Shown one piece after another: positions 11,201 to 23,239 of a DNA stretch of 61,376 nucleotides. The position numbers and the translations under genes were made by a program. Positions within the stretch are counted from its first letter, which is position 1. Each line of letters opens with the position of its first letter. The stretch comes from Carcharhinus longimanus (taxonomy: Eukaryota), in NCBI GenBank assembly GCA_030264375.1, contig JASCQW010000043.1, forward strand, positions 32,271,960-32,333,335. Reading direction: 5' to 3'. Below the pieces are notes generated by a model. The model was not told the origin of the DNA. It worked only from the letters and a program-made list of their open reading frames with translations, and ran no database searches.

Positions 11201-14200
11201 ATAGGACTGCAAATTGAATTTGCTAATAATACTCGCGCAGACGAGCAAGACAGCCGAGTGTCCTTTCAGCTTTTGGGGTTGTTACTCCAGCTGGACCTTT
11301 GCAGTATTTATTTTTGAAAGTAATTATTTTAATGTTATAGAGGGGAACAAAGTTGAACACCTGGCCATAAAGGTCCTTAGAGCCTATGTGTAGCTACATG
11401 ACAAATGGGATTGCGATGGTTGTCTTAATGTCTTCGACACTTGGCGAAACGCCCAACCCTGGGTGAATGCATTGACAACATGGTTACACAGAGAAATCGA
11501 CGGGAGTCCTTATTTTGGAATAAGAAGTTACGCACTTCAAGTGTCACCGCCATTATAAATATCACTCTGTAATGAGACGATCCAGATAAAAATCCCCCCT
11601 TTTGGACATTTTCCTGAATCGTCATTTAACGAAACATTTTATGAACCATCTTTCATCTGCAACTAATCGGTTGGGTTTGATCTGTCATGTCAGGGCCTTC
11701 CGATTGCACCCCAAAACTATCCTCAAAAAAAAAAGAACATTTGTAGTTGAAAAGGGTTGGAACAAAAATACTTCCTAAAAGGCCAGCTGGGTTTTGCTGT
11801 AGGGGAACTTGCTGTCTTTTCTAACACAATTATTTCGTCAATTCCGGTATTTCACAGCAATTGAAAAAACAGCAAAGCACAACAATGTCACTGGCTATCC
11901 GGCACACAATATAATTCAACCTTCTTATTGATTGATCTTATTGAAGTAAGCCTGTCCTTTCGGTAATCGTGACAGTACTTTTAGTTCTGAAGTAACAATC
12001 AATTTGGATTCATTTGCGACTTTTTTAAAATCCATCCCTTTATCCTTCTATAAATCATAACGTTTATTTTACAAATATAATTTTGACGTTATTATGTAAT
12101 TAAAATCATGCCGCAGTGTTGGAAACTTGAAAGGAAAAATGCGGTATATGTAAACATGATTTACTGGTGATGTAATAATTTCTCCCGGATAGTTTAAATA
12201 AACACATTAGAGAAAGAATTTCAGACATGCCCAGATGCATATTGAAGTTGACTGGCATAAAGCAGGGTTTGAAAAGTGATGAAACATCTCACTATTTAAT
12301 ACATGTCTTTGCTCCCATACCGTGTAAATTACAGGATAATAGTGTGCAGGCGATAGCAGGCTCTGTTTATACAATCTATTTCTTCACACAAGTTCCCAGT
12401 GCTTTTTGTAGCCTTTGCTGTATGTGGTGGTTCTCTGATCCTGCTGACCTCAACCATGTGTTTTCACTTTTTGTTCTGATCTCAATTCCATGACCAGCGG
12501 GGAATGAAATACAAATTGAATAGTAGCCATTCAAAGGCCGCTCTTTTCAAACTGCTTTTAAGTCTTCTTTGTCTTGTCTATGAAGCAATAGTCTAGAACT
12601 AAATGCGATGGACTTTACAGACTCAATTACCACAGCTGTTAATGTACCCGCTCTAGCGAAGGAACATCTCCCTCCAATGCAATATATAATGCAATATATG
12701 CATGGATAAAAGAGCAAATTGACTGTAGGCCACTTCGTAAGACTCGGGGATTCCTTACCTACAAACACCGTCTTCTGTTTTCTCATTTTACTTTCCAGGA
12801 GAGAACTGGTGATGTTTTTGTTTGTTTGTTGTAAGCTGGGCGCTTCTGTAGAACTCAATCCTCATCCTCTTCCCCCCACCTCTCCCACCCCCTTTTTTTG
12901 GAGAGTAACATGTCTGTAGAAAGTTACAGCACAGCTAGCAGCAGTAATTCCAAAGAAAATAGCACCGTGCAAACCCAAACAAAATAGAACCAATAACGTT
13001 TATTAACTGAAGTATATTTTGCGGGTGACATTATATGAGTGTATCTCTGTGAGCTCCCTCCATGGCAGACTGCTTTGCGTGCTATACAGGAGGCAGCGTT
13101 TGTTTATTCAGCTTCTTTCCTGGAAGGGGCAGCTTGGAGAATTCAAAACATTCTTTATGTTCACTGCAGGCGTGCTCCCCCGCACCCCACCCCCCCCCTC
13201 CACCCCCCACCCCTGGCTCTGGGGTTCTGTGAAGATTGTAAACGAACAAGCGCTCTTATGGGTTTTATTTGGGGCGGGGGGGCAGATACTGAAATCCTAA
13301 TATTGCTCAAAGTTAGACTTGCAGGGAACGAGGCTGCCTTTCTGTCAGCAGGGAGTTTCCATGGATTCGCTTTATTACTCATTACTAATGTCTAATGGAG
13401 CTGCTCCGAATCAAACAGCTCAAATTACTGCTAAATCCACCATATGCTTTGAACCGAGCTGAGGAAACCATGCCCTAAATTGTCAACAATAAAAAAAAAC
13501 CAAAGTGCTACTTTATGTTAAATAAAATTCGTCCAAACGCTAACTTCGTCGCGAATGTGCACAGGGGCAAGAGCTAAGTGACCGAACAAGAAAGTGATAT
13601 TGCGAAGTGATTCCAAGTTGTTGTTCAGATTGGAATGGGTGCAAACAGCGGGTCACATATGCGGTTGTAGCCAGGGCTGCTTTACGTGACGAATAACGAA
13701 GGGATATAACAGTCATCGAGATGGGCGGTTAATGTTTAGAAAGCCCACAGGCTTAACTTTAACATTTCATGCAATTGTTTCTTCTGCACAACAGTCATAT
13801 AAACTTCCCTTGGTTTATATAGCCTGGTTTTCATTGCTTTGGCGTTGCAAGGTTTGCTTTTGTTTGGTTTATTAGCCCAGAGGGATACCCAAACTAAACA
13901 TCTGGGATGAATATTTTGGAGTCGGGTTTCGCGGCTATCTAACAACATTATTCAAACCCACTGGAAGCTGCACAGCTTTATGAACCAGTTTATTACAGAA
14001 ATGTGGCATTGGATGGAGAGATTCTCGTAAAATAAATGATCAACGCTGAAACTGTAACAGAATAAAATTACTACTTCGGACGCTTTAAAGCGGGGTGGGG
14101 GTGGTCACTGAATTGCTAGGAATGTGTTTTGAGCAAAAAAAAGGTTCCAGCTTCAATGTTAACTTAAAACCGATGGATGGGATTTACGTTTGCTGGTAAT

Positions 14201-14700
14201 TTAAAAAATTCTACCTTTTGCACACGAATACACCCATGTACAGGGACGGAGGGCTCAATATCTTATTCTGCTCACCCTGCCTTGCAGGATAGCACAAGGG
14301 ACCGGAATGTGTTGTCTCCCGTAACTAACACAGGAAGAGAGAATATGAAATAGTGCAAAATCATGATACTTCGTGCTTATATTCAATTGCGGATGACATG
14401 ACAATTTGTAACTGAACAAGGCTTCGGAATTCTCCCCAAACTAAATATTATCGCCTTCGTTCAAACAGGAGATAATCGTGTCTCTGTATCAACGGACGAG
14501 GGACCTGCATTCACTTCCCCATATTGGGCTCTTCTTAAAGTTTATAGGCATCTAAAGAAATATACACCTCCTCCCAATGTACGGATTGTCTTTGGCATTG
14601 GGGAGAGGATGTGCATACAGAGCCCACTGGGGGAGAGAAAATACGTCTCCATTGTGACCTGCAACTCTCAAACTAAAGTGCATAGGTTCGTAATTGGAGA
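8300..14700. promoter_or_regulatory. Repeat-free, CpG-retaining domain with candidate conserved non-coding elements
   Basis: No recognisable TE for about 6.4 kb; CG dinucleotides visibly frequent relative to flanks; motif-dense blocks at 12490-12740 and 12930-13490. Confidence 0.5.
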
Positions 14701-14740
14701 GCTATCCTCAACCACCAAATAACATGTTTACTGAATACGA

Positions 14741-15222
14741 AATCATAGAATCATAGAAACTCTACAGTGCAGAAAGAAGCCATCTGGTCCATCGAGTCTG
14801 CACCGACCACAATCCCACCCAGGCCCTACCCCCATATTCCTACCCGCTAATCCCTCTAATTTACGCATCTGAGGACACTAAGGTGCAATTTAGCATGGCC
14901 AATCAACCTAACCCGCACACCTTTGGACTGTGGGAGGAAACCGGAGCACCCGGAGGAAACCCACGNNNNNNNNNNNNNNNNNNNNNNNNNNNNNNNNNNN
15001 NNNNNNNNNNNNNNNNNNNNNNNNNNNNNNNNNNNNNNNNNNNNNNNNNNNNNNNNNNNNNNNNNTTGGACTGTGGGAGGAAACCGGAGCACCCGGAGGA
15101 AACCCACGCAGACACGAGGAGAATGTGCAAACTCCTCACAGATAGTGACCCAAGCTGCGAGTCGAACCAGGTCCCTGGAGCAGCGAAGCAGCAGCGCAAA
15201 CCACTGTGCTATCGTGCCGCCC
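14741..15222 (-). mobile_element. HE1-type V-SINE spanning an assembly gap
   Basis: Reverse-complement tail ATCATAGAATCATAGAA and head ...GTGCCGCCC; about 43 bp duplicated on both sides of the 100-N gap. Confidence 0.9.
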
Positions 15223-15599
15223 AATTGTAAAGAATTTGGAAATGAAACTCCCGTCCTCATGCTCACTCACAGGAATATACCTCGTATTACAGATAGGTAA
15301 ACGTTTACTCGTTAGGTTGTGATGGTAGAGTCAGCATGGGGAGTGATAGCATGTGATGGAAGAGTCAGCGGGAGTCTTAATCTCAAACCCAAGCGGTACA
15401 CAGCAGTCCGTAGTTTGGAGAAAACAGTATTAGAGGACTTTGTGACAGTAGACGCGGTGCTGCATGTGTTCAAGGTCAGGATTGTTGGCTCCGTAAATTC
15501 AGCTTAACCAATAAACCAGGCTGACCTCCTAATCCAGAGACTGGAAAGACTCTTCTGGTAAATTAAATTCAGATAGTATGGGTCATGAACAGACAGTCT

Positions 15600-15780
15600 T
15601 TCGGAACAGTGAAACAGGATTAGACCATTCAGCCCATCGATGTTCAGCTAGATCAAGGTTCATCTGTATCTCAACCTCGTTTATTTGCCTTGCTCCGTGT
15701 CCCCCAATGCCCTTACCGAACACACATGTATCTAACAATCATTTGGCGCCTGGAATCAAAATTTCAATTCACCCCTGATT
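15600..15780 (-). mobile_element. CR1 LINE 3' end, degenerate
   Basis: AACAGGATTAGACCATTCAGCCCATCGA...CCCCAATGCCCTTACC is the reverse complement of a CR1 3' UTR. Confidence 0.55.
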
Positions 15781-16919
15781 GGTGGCATGAACATCTCCTA
15801 TCCTAGAAAGCTACAATCGTTATTTGAAATAGTGGCTAGAAGCAAAATTAATGTATGATTTATCTCTGTAAATGTTATATGGTTGTAATGTATAATGTAT
15901 AGTTTATCACTGCAAGTGTGGTGAGTTCTCACGGGCTTACATGAAATATGCTTCGTGGTGTCGAAGTCTGGATATATTAAGAACATATCAATGCTAACAT
16001 AAGCACTGGTGATCTAAATAGTGAGATCTAAACTGTTTAGATACCACCAGCTTATGTGGCTGAAAATAATTGTTATGTCATAAGTTCCTTTCGATACTTC
16101 TCTCTTGAGAAGGCAGTAGGAAAACCTTCTATCTCTGTGCTTGACATGTGACATTATGCATAAAGGATTCTGAGCAGAAATCAGGGCGAACAATGTACAT
16201 GCGCTTCTAATGATGGCAAAATGCCGTGCTAACCGGAAACTGGTCAAAATCATACTAGCATTATATCCAATGTTATATACTTTCTGCCTATAATTAACCA
16301 TCAAAATAGATATAGTGGATACTCCCCATTTCCCGTTTAGAAACCTAACTCCAGCCACTCGTCCACCAAGCAAAACTGGGAACTCGTTAAGAAACCCAAA
16401 CTGGGATAGATACCACCGCTCCACTCTCAAGGTTTGGTAGAATAGCAGATGAAATATCGCAGTCCGAGGGTGCATAGTAGTTGTTTTTGTCCCATGTGTG
16501 AGTTGTAAATTTTCTTTAACGTTTCATTGGTCTAGAGTAGGCGCAGATTACCATTCACTTCCCTGCTCTGTGGCAGTATGGAAAATGCTGCATTTAGTCA
16601 CTACTCTCTTGAGACAGACTCAATTCTCCACCCCCCGCCCCCGAATCACGTTTTCTTGCTTCACCTTTCGCGGCTTTCAAAGACCCTTTTTTTTGTTTTA
16701 CATTGTCACTCTCTCCTGCTGGTTATCTATCTTGCTGTCTTGTAGAGCACTCTGCGATGTTTTATTTAAGAAGAGGAGCAGTAATAATGCAACCTGCTGT
16801 CCTTGTTTGCAGTCTGTCGATGTTTCTTCTATATACCTGTCCGCTCAGAAATAATAGATCACGCTAAACACACCCTCCCCCACCTCCCCCCCCAAGTCTT
16901 TGTGAAATACGTTGAGAGC

Positions 16920-17030
16920 ATTCTCACAGTAACTTCACTGCAGTGACAATGTAAACCTACTTGTGACACTAATAAATAAACGGAGGCGTTTTTCTACATT
17001 CAAGGTGCTATATAAATGCAAGCTGTTGTG
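16920..17030 (+). mobile_element. Isolated retroelement tails (alternative SINE tail, then L2-type tail)
   Basis: TCACAGTAACTTCACTGCAGTG...CTACTTGTGACACTAATAAA (as at 36388 and 51970), then GGTGCTATATAAATGCAAG. Confidence 0.6.
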
Positions 17031-17883
17031 TAACAATTTTTCACTGACCATTGCGTTATCGACCCTGGGTAGCTAAAGCGAGAAAAACATATCATTTTTC
17101 AAACGCAACTCGAATTGTGCCTCGCTGCCCTGTGACAGTCAGCCATCGCCTCAATTTGAAGCCATCACCGTCCACTTTACACGGCCGCTGTCTGGACTGT
17201 GTAGCCGGTTGTATTCGTGCAACTGAAAGACGCACACAACAAAAATAAATAATTAAACCGGAACTGATTTTTGTGTAGCTACTCTAATTGTTCGATCTGA
17301 AATCCCAGGCTCGTCAAAGTTAAATTGTTCCGATCGATGTTTGAGCAGGGAATTTCTGGATTAGAAATCACCAAGGTGCATTTATGACCGTGTGTAAAAA
17401 AACTTTTAAGCTGGTTCTGAAGTCGCACTTGTTCGGGGATTTATAGATCATGCAATAGCGATGATCTAAAAAAGGCTGGGGGGGGGGGGGGAGCACTAGG
17501 CGATTGGAGGATTCCAGATATTCGTCTATTTACATTGCGTGTACTTGAACATTTATTGCCTTGTTTATTCACTGCCCTGCTTCAGAGAGAAGATCAGTCA
17601 AGCAGCTGATGCAGAGAAAAAATATGTGGGCGAGGATTTACTGCAATTAAATGTGGTTAATCATTAACGGATTACAATAGTTATCTTGCTTCGCGCCTTG
17701 TTTTTTTGCTGATTGGACGCCACATCAACACCGAAGACATTGCTCGCTAAAAGAGGGTTTCAGGGTGGAAATTCCACAGGATGTGGTTGTCAGGAATGAT
17801 ACACCGCTGCTTTCAATGTTCCGCCACATCATTGCCTGCTTCAGTGACGTCGCAGGCTTGTTTTGATCTGATTCCCACCACCA

Positions 17884-18000
17884 TAATAAAAGCAAAATAC
17901 TGCGGATGCCGGAGATCTGAAATAAAAACAGAAAATGTTGGAAAATCATAGCAGGTCTGGCAGCATCTGTGGAGAGAGAGTCCGATATGACTTTTTCAGC
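17884..18000 (-). mobile_element. Penelope-like terminal repeat with hammerhead relic
   Basis: Abundant shark repeat AAAACAGAAAATG..GGAAAAT...GCAGGTCTGGCAGCATCTGTGGAGAGAG; the minus strand ends CTGAAAA-AGTC-ATATCG-GACT. Confidence 0.6.
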
Positions 18001-18121
18001 ACCATCATAAGGGCACAAAACCGATCAGATTTCACTGATTACAAAAAACAAACAAGATTAAACTTCCATCGACAGAATAATACTGGCAGACTGGGTGAGC
18101 ACAGTAGGAAGACTCACAACA

Positions 18122-18662
18122 CTTCTTATAAGACGCTTGTCAGACCCCACTTGGAGAACTGTGCGCAGTTCTGGTCGCCTCACTACANNNNNNNNNNAGA
18201 GGAATAGATAGGGTGGATTCTTGGAGGCTATTTCCCCGGGCTGAAATGGTCACTACGAGAGGACACAGGTTTAAGGTGCTGGGGAGCAAGTGCAGAGAGG
18301 AGATGTCAGGGGTAAGTTTTTCACTCAGAGGACAGTGAGTGAGTGGAATCGGCTGCAGTCGCTGGTGGCAGAGGCGAACTCGCTGGGGTCTTTTAAAAGA
18401 CTTCTGGATGAGTACATGGGATTTAATGGGATTGNNNNNNNNNNNNNNNNNNNNNNNNNNNNNNNNNNNNNNNNNNNNNNNNNNNNNNNNNNNNNNNNNN
18501 NNNNNNNNNNNNNNNNNNNNNNNNNNNNNNNNNNCTTCTGGATGAGTACATGGGATTTAATGGGATTGGGAGTTACAGATAGTTCTATGGCTTGGTAGGT
18601 ATGGATATGATGGGCGCAACTTGTGGGCCGAAGGGCCTGTTTGTGCTGTAATGTTCTATGTT
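18122..18662 (+). mobile_element. CR1 (HER1-like) LINE 3' portion
   Basis: YKTLVRPHLENCAQFWSPHY; TRGH; FFTQRTVSEWNRL; tail TGGGCCGAAGGGCCTGTTTGTGCTGTAATGTTCTATG. Confidence 0.88.
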
Positions 18663-18736
18663 AACACCAGGTTAAAATCCAACAGGTTTATTTGGTAGTA
18701 AACGACACTAGCTTTCGGGGTTTGCCCCTTCGTCAG
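18663..18736 (-). mobile_element. Penelope-like terminal repeat fragment
   Basis: Reverse complement of the repeat at 35233-35310 (AATAAACCTGTTGGA.TTTAACCTGGTGTT). Confidence 0.75.
18706..18736 (-). ncRNA. Minimal type I hammerhead ribozyme core (stem I 5' strand missing)
   Basis: Minus strand reads CUGACGA-A-GGGG-CAAA-CCCC-GAAA-GCUA-GUG. Confidence 0.65.
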
Positions 18737-19324
18737 CACTCTTCAAGACTGGGTGAGATCAGGCTGCAGAACATTTCCTGGCACTAACTCCAGTGCATTG
18801 AACCTTGGTGTATAATCTTTTACGGAGCTGGTTTTTACATTGGAAAGCAAGTTATAATTTAGGACATATTTCAAACGGTTATTACACCAACCTAAACACT
18901 AACGAAAGAGAACGGAATGCATTTCTACAAACACATGAGTGTCGTCTGCTGGACCAACAGTTTTCTTATTCCCATCCCCAATTGCCCCTTAGAAGATGGT
19001 GGTGGGGCCTTGGGTACTTTCTGCATAATAAGTCAGCACTTATTAAAATTCGCCTATTAAGTTACAGAATCATGCAACTATTTCCTTGTATTAGACATAA
19101 TCCATGCGCACGTGGAGTGTATAAGGTTCAGAATTCAAGGATTTTGTATTCCTCTATTGATGTGATTTTGATAATTATTAAATGTCCTTTTAATCTCGCG
19201 CCTTAGTTAGTACATGTTCAGATGGTACAGTTCCATACAGAAAGTCCGTAAGAAACGCACTGCAGTGTATAATCTGATTTTTTTAAGAACTTCATTTATG
19301 GGCGTCTCTGGCTAGACTAGCAAC

Positions 19325-19726
19325 AACAGCCTTCCATTTATTGACTGTCTACATTTCCCGCTGCCTCGGCAAAGCAGCCAGCATAATTAAGGACCCCATG
19401 CACCCTGGACATTCTCTCCTCCACCTTCTTCCGTTCTTCCATCTTCTTCCATCGGGAAAAAGACACAAAAGTCTGAAGTCAGGTACCAACCGACTTAAGA
19501 CCAATTTCTTCCCTGCTGCCTTTAGACTTTTGAATGGACTTACGTCACACGAAGTTATTCTTTCTCTACACCCCAGCTATGACTGTAACACTACCTTCTG
19601 CATTCGCTCCTTTCCTTCTCTATGAACAGTATGCTTTGTCTGTATAGAGCTCAAGAAACAACACTTTTCACTGTATACTAATACAAATGACAATAATAAG
19701 TCAAATCAAATCATTGAAATCAAATC
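19325..19726 (+). mobile_element. Rex1/Babar LINE 3' end nested in a minus-strand CR1-clade tail
   Basis: AASIIKDPMHPGHSL..LLPSGKR...TNRLKTNFFPAAFRLLN plus TCAAA tail; host tail pieces at about 19280-19322 and 19727-19845. Confidence 0.8.
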
Positions 19727-20499
19727 AGGTGGTGGTGAGCTGCCTTCTTGAACTCCTGCAGTCCATGTTGTGTAGATTCACCCACTCGGCAGTTAGGGAG
19801 AGAGTGCTAGGATTTTGACCTACCGACAGCGAAGGAACAGAATAGGGAGTAGTTTGGATGGGGAACTTTACTGGCATGCTGCGTTCTGAAGATGACAGAT
19901 TAAAATACTGGCACATGTACAACTGAAGAAGCATTGCACATGTATTTTGTTCACACATTCACAAAAAATTAAGCATTTCAAAATCAAGTTGCATCTGTTA
20001 GATTGTTTACACACACACGACGCCAGAACCACATTAATCCCCAGGCTTTATTCATCTTGCTGTGTAAACATGTGACAGTGACCGAGGGGTCTTCGATGGT
20101 CCTGACTAGACGCCACACACTTGAGAAAAAGAATCACGGTCAGAGTATCCCTAACGGTAAACGAAATGAACCAGTGATTGAGAGCCACGAAAAACGTAGT
20201 GACATGCAAACTTTAGAAGGATGTCGCAGCGAAACATGTTGTATAGTTTATTCAGCTGCGATTTTTAAAATTCACAATCATGATTTTCAGATTCATCAAT
20301 TGCAAGGGTTTTGCATGTAGATTATTTGGAAAAATTGTTAAATTGAGCGCTTGAGGTTCTTCAGATGATCCACCACCCGAGAAAGTTAACTAACTAACCG
20401 GTTTCATAAAATAGCACATGTCAACTGCAATTAGCAGAGAACGGCACGTTTCTAATACAGCTAAAAGCTCAATACCCTGGAGCCGGGGCTTTGTTTGAT

Positions 20500-21105
20500 A
20501 AATGTTCCCGTTCTTTAATGAGACTTATCTTCATTTCTGGCCATTCTCGCAGATTTTTGTGGGTTTTGCTACAACGCAGGAGGACCCGACCCTCCAGGAA
20601 GATTGAGAACGGGACCTCTGGCATCAGATAACAGGACGGATGGCGAGCGTGTGGAAATAGATTCTCACAATTACCACCTCCAGCGGAATTCATGAGGGTC
20701 AGCTCACGGTATTACCTCAAATATAGCGTGTCCCACAGCTATCACCCCTCTCTGGGTGGAGATTGCTGGAGGTACAGTGGCCGAATGGGACCACACATGT
20801 TCTGGTTTAACTATTCAGGGAATCTGGCTAGGAGGCCATATAGAGCATCTGGACCTCTTGTGGATACAGACCTGTACCTGGGTCTGCCTGCTGCTCAGTA
20901 ACACATAGGTTAGTGTCACTTATATTGCCAGCTAAATGGAAATATGGTCCCCCCATATTATTTTTTGGGGGGTGGGGGGAGGAAGGGGCGTCCATTCCTA
21001 CAACAAACATGGATGGACCATCCGTGAGGCAAGCACTGATGAAAATGGGTAAAGTACGGTTCTATTTCCAACTTGATTGGTATTAAGCAGTTTGGAGACT
21101 ACACA
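20500..21105 (+). mobile_element. L1/Tx1-like LINE ORF2 C-terminal fragment
   Basis: CWRYSGRMGPHMFWF resembles the L1 CCHC region CWRC...HMFW.C; heavily degraded. Confidence 0.5.
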
Positions 21106-21533
21106 ATGTAGCTGCTCACAATAACTCCTCCAACTGGCTCAGAATAAGAGAGAAAACCAGCAAGCCGTTCCAGACATCCCATGGAGAGCAGTGACCCGAC
21201 CATGAAGGTTAGCAGGACCCTTTAATGCGCCTTGACTCAGTAAAATCTCAGGGACTCATCCATTATCCTCACTTGGAAATAATACTCCACTCTCAACATG
21301 TGCACCCCTATACCGACAAGTACCTTTCGTGCCAGCTGGGCACTGTGAGGACGGGGGTGTTTTATCAATGATTAATATTTTAAGTTTCCTTTGTAATTTG
21401 TTCTGTTTGATGCGGTATCTCTTTAAGGGGCTGCTCCATTAATTTGACCTTCAGTTTGTTTAACTCAGTTTATTTAGTTTAACCCAAAATAGTACGCCGA
21501 CGAGCATGCTAATGAAATCCCTCATGTCAGAAC

Positions 21534-21800
21534 AGAATCATAGAATGTCTTCAGTGCAGAAGTAGGCTATGCTGCCCAATAAGTGTACACTGACTCTCAG
21601 ATCGAGCATCCCTCCCAGACTCTGTCTATGTAATCCCATGTATTTACCCCACTAATCCTTCTAACCTACACATATTGGGTCACTAAGGGGCAATTTAGCT
21701 TCTTGCACATCGTTGAACTGTGGGAGAAAACTGGCGCACTCGAAGGAAATTCACGCAGACACAAGGAGAATGTTACACTCCACACAGACAGTGACCCAGG
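21534..21800 (-). mobile_element. HE1-type V-SINE, lacking head
   Basis: AGAATCATAGAA tail and CACTAAGGGGCAATTTAGC...ACACTCCACACAGACAGTGACCC. Confidence 0.8.
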
Positions 21801-21819
21801 CTGCATGGATAACTCGTCA

Positions 21820-21902
21820 CTTTTCTTCCAATAATGCCAAGAGATCTTTTATGCTCACCTGAACAGACATGTGGAAACTCAGTTCAGCATCCTATTGAAA
21901 GA
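21820..21902 (-). mobile_element. Deu-domain SINE fragment
   Basis: ATAATGCCAAGAGATCTTTTATGCTCACCTGAACAGAC matches 57375-57420. Confidence 0.5.
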
Positions 21903-21929
21903 TTTCAAAAACAAATGCAATGGAAAAAG

Positions 21930-22830
21930 CTCATGGTAAGTTGTATAGGAATGTAAATACAAGTGCAGGAAAATATATAAGAGGCTTACTAAACATAAGA
22001 TTGCATGTTACTAATGTCTTCCAATTTATGCACATGATATACAAAGGGTAAATTAAGCTGTTCGCTCATCTAAATTATTAAGAAATCCAAATCTAAGGAC
22101 AAAGAAAATGCAGTTACGACGCAACTATTTCATGCCCATCTTTAATCTTGAGACAACGGGCCAGCTCCAGAAAGAGTGAGAAAGGACTTAGATAGTCCAA
22201 AAATAACAACGGACGTGGTTATATCAAAAAATGATGTAAAACCATTAAGGCAGACAATTCATAAAGTCCAGGCAAATCTCAGCTACAAGACCTTATTGAA
22301 AATAGGACTGAACCTTGTCCCATTTTAACTGACCTGTTTGTTAGTTCAATAAGTTTAAAAGAAATGCTTAGAAATTGGAAAGCATCCAACTTAAATCCAT
22401 TATTCATAAATGTTCAAGTGAAACCATAAACAAAAGGTTTAATATCTGCTTATCAGGAAGGTTTTTAAAATAATTCTGAGAAATGTGCATAAACTTAGAA
22501 AATAAACTGTTGAAAGACAATCAAAGAATGCCATGTTTAACTAAGCTGCCTCATTATTTTGAAGAGATTACATACAAGGTGGAAATGCTGAGGATAAGGT
22601 ACATTTCTAATTGCTGAAAACCTATCGGAAACTAACTATCGGAGGTTAAGTGCAGCATGGATAAATAATTGGTTTAAAAATAAGAAACAGAAAATGGAAA
22701 CTTTTCAGACTGGGAATAGGTTAAGAGGACAAAACAGCAAGGATCAGTTTGGAGTACATGCAATTTTAAGGTATGTTAGTGGATTTGTTGCATCAGTCCA
22801 GTGTACATTTTCTGATGTTTACTGAGATTC
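21930..22830 (+). mobile_element. Very old CR1 RT fragment
   Basis: Degenerate RT motifs KSPG, WK.A...P.F, CLT.L..F.EE.T, WI.NWL.NRKQ. Confidence 0.55.
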
Positions 22831-23239
22831 AGGCAGTAACTCATTGGGTTTGACCTTTTGAAACTACATATCACATGGCTGATTAAGTTAAAATATTACA
22901 TGCTTTAGTGATACTGAAAGATAAACACCATTACTTTGTAAACTATTTATTTATTACATTGTGAAAATCACTAAGATCCCCATAACTTTGATAGTTTGTT
23001 GTCCTTAAAAGTGTCTTATTTTTGGATATTTATATAATAATTTTCTTGTTCTAACTCTCATGATGGATTTATATGTCCAATTTTGCAATAAAAGTAATGT
23101 GAGGCCACTGGTGCTCGCTCTCATTAAAGAGGAAGTCACATAATAAATTCTGGTGACCACACAACCGCAGGTGAAAGTGGAAGTCAGGAAGTTGCTGTCT
23201 GAGTTACTGTGTTCTTCCAGAAACTTCATTAGAATAGTA

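Noticed and set aside
14923-15108. Apparent tandem duplication within a SINE
   Set aside because: Identical sequence on both sides of a 100-N gap, so most likely an unmerged contig overlap. The same applies to 18401-18434 versus 18535-18568.
17478-17491. G14 homopolymer as a functional G-quadruplex
   Set aside because: Simple homopolymer of unreliable length in a draft assembly
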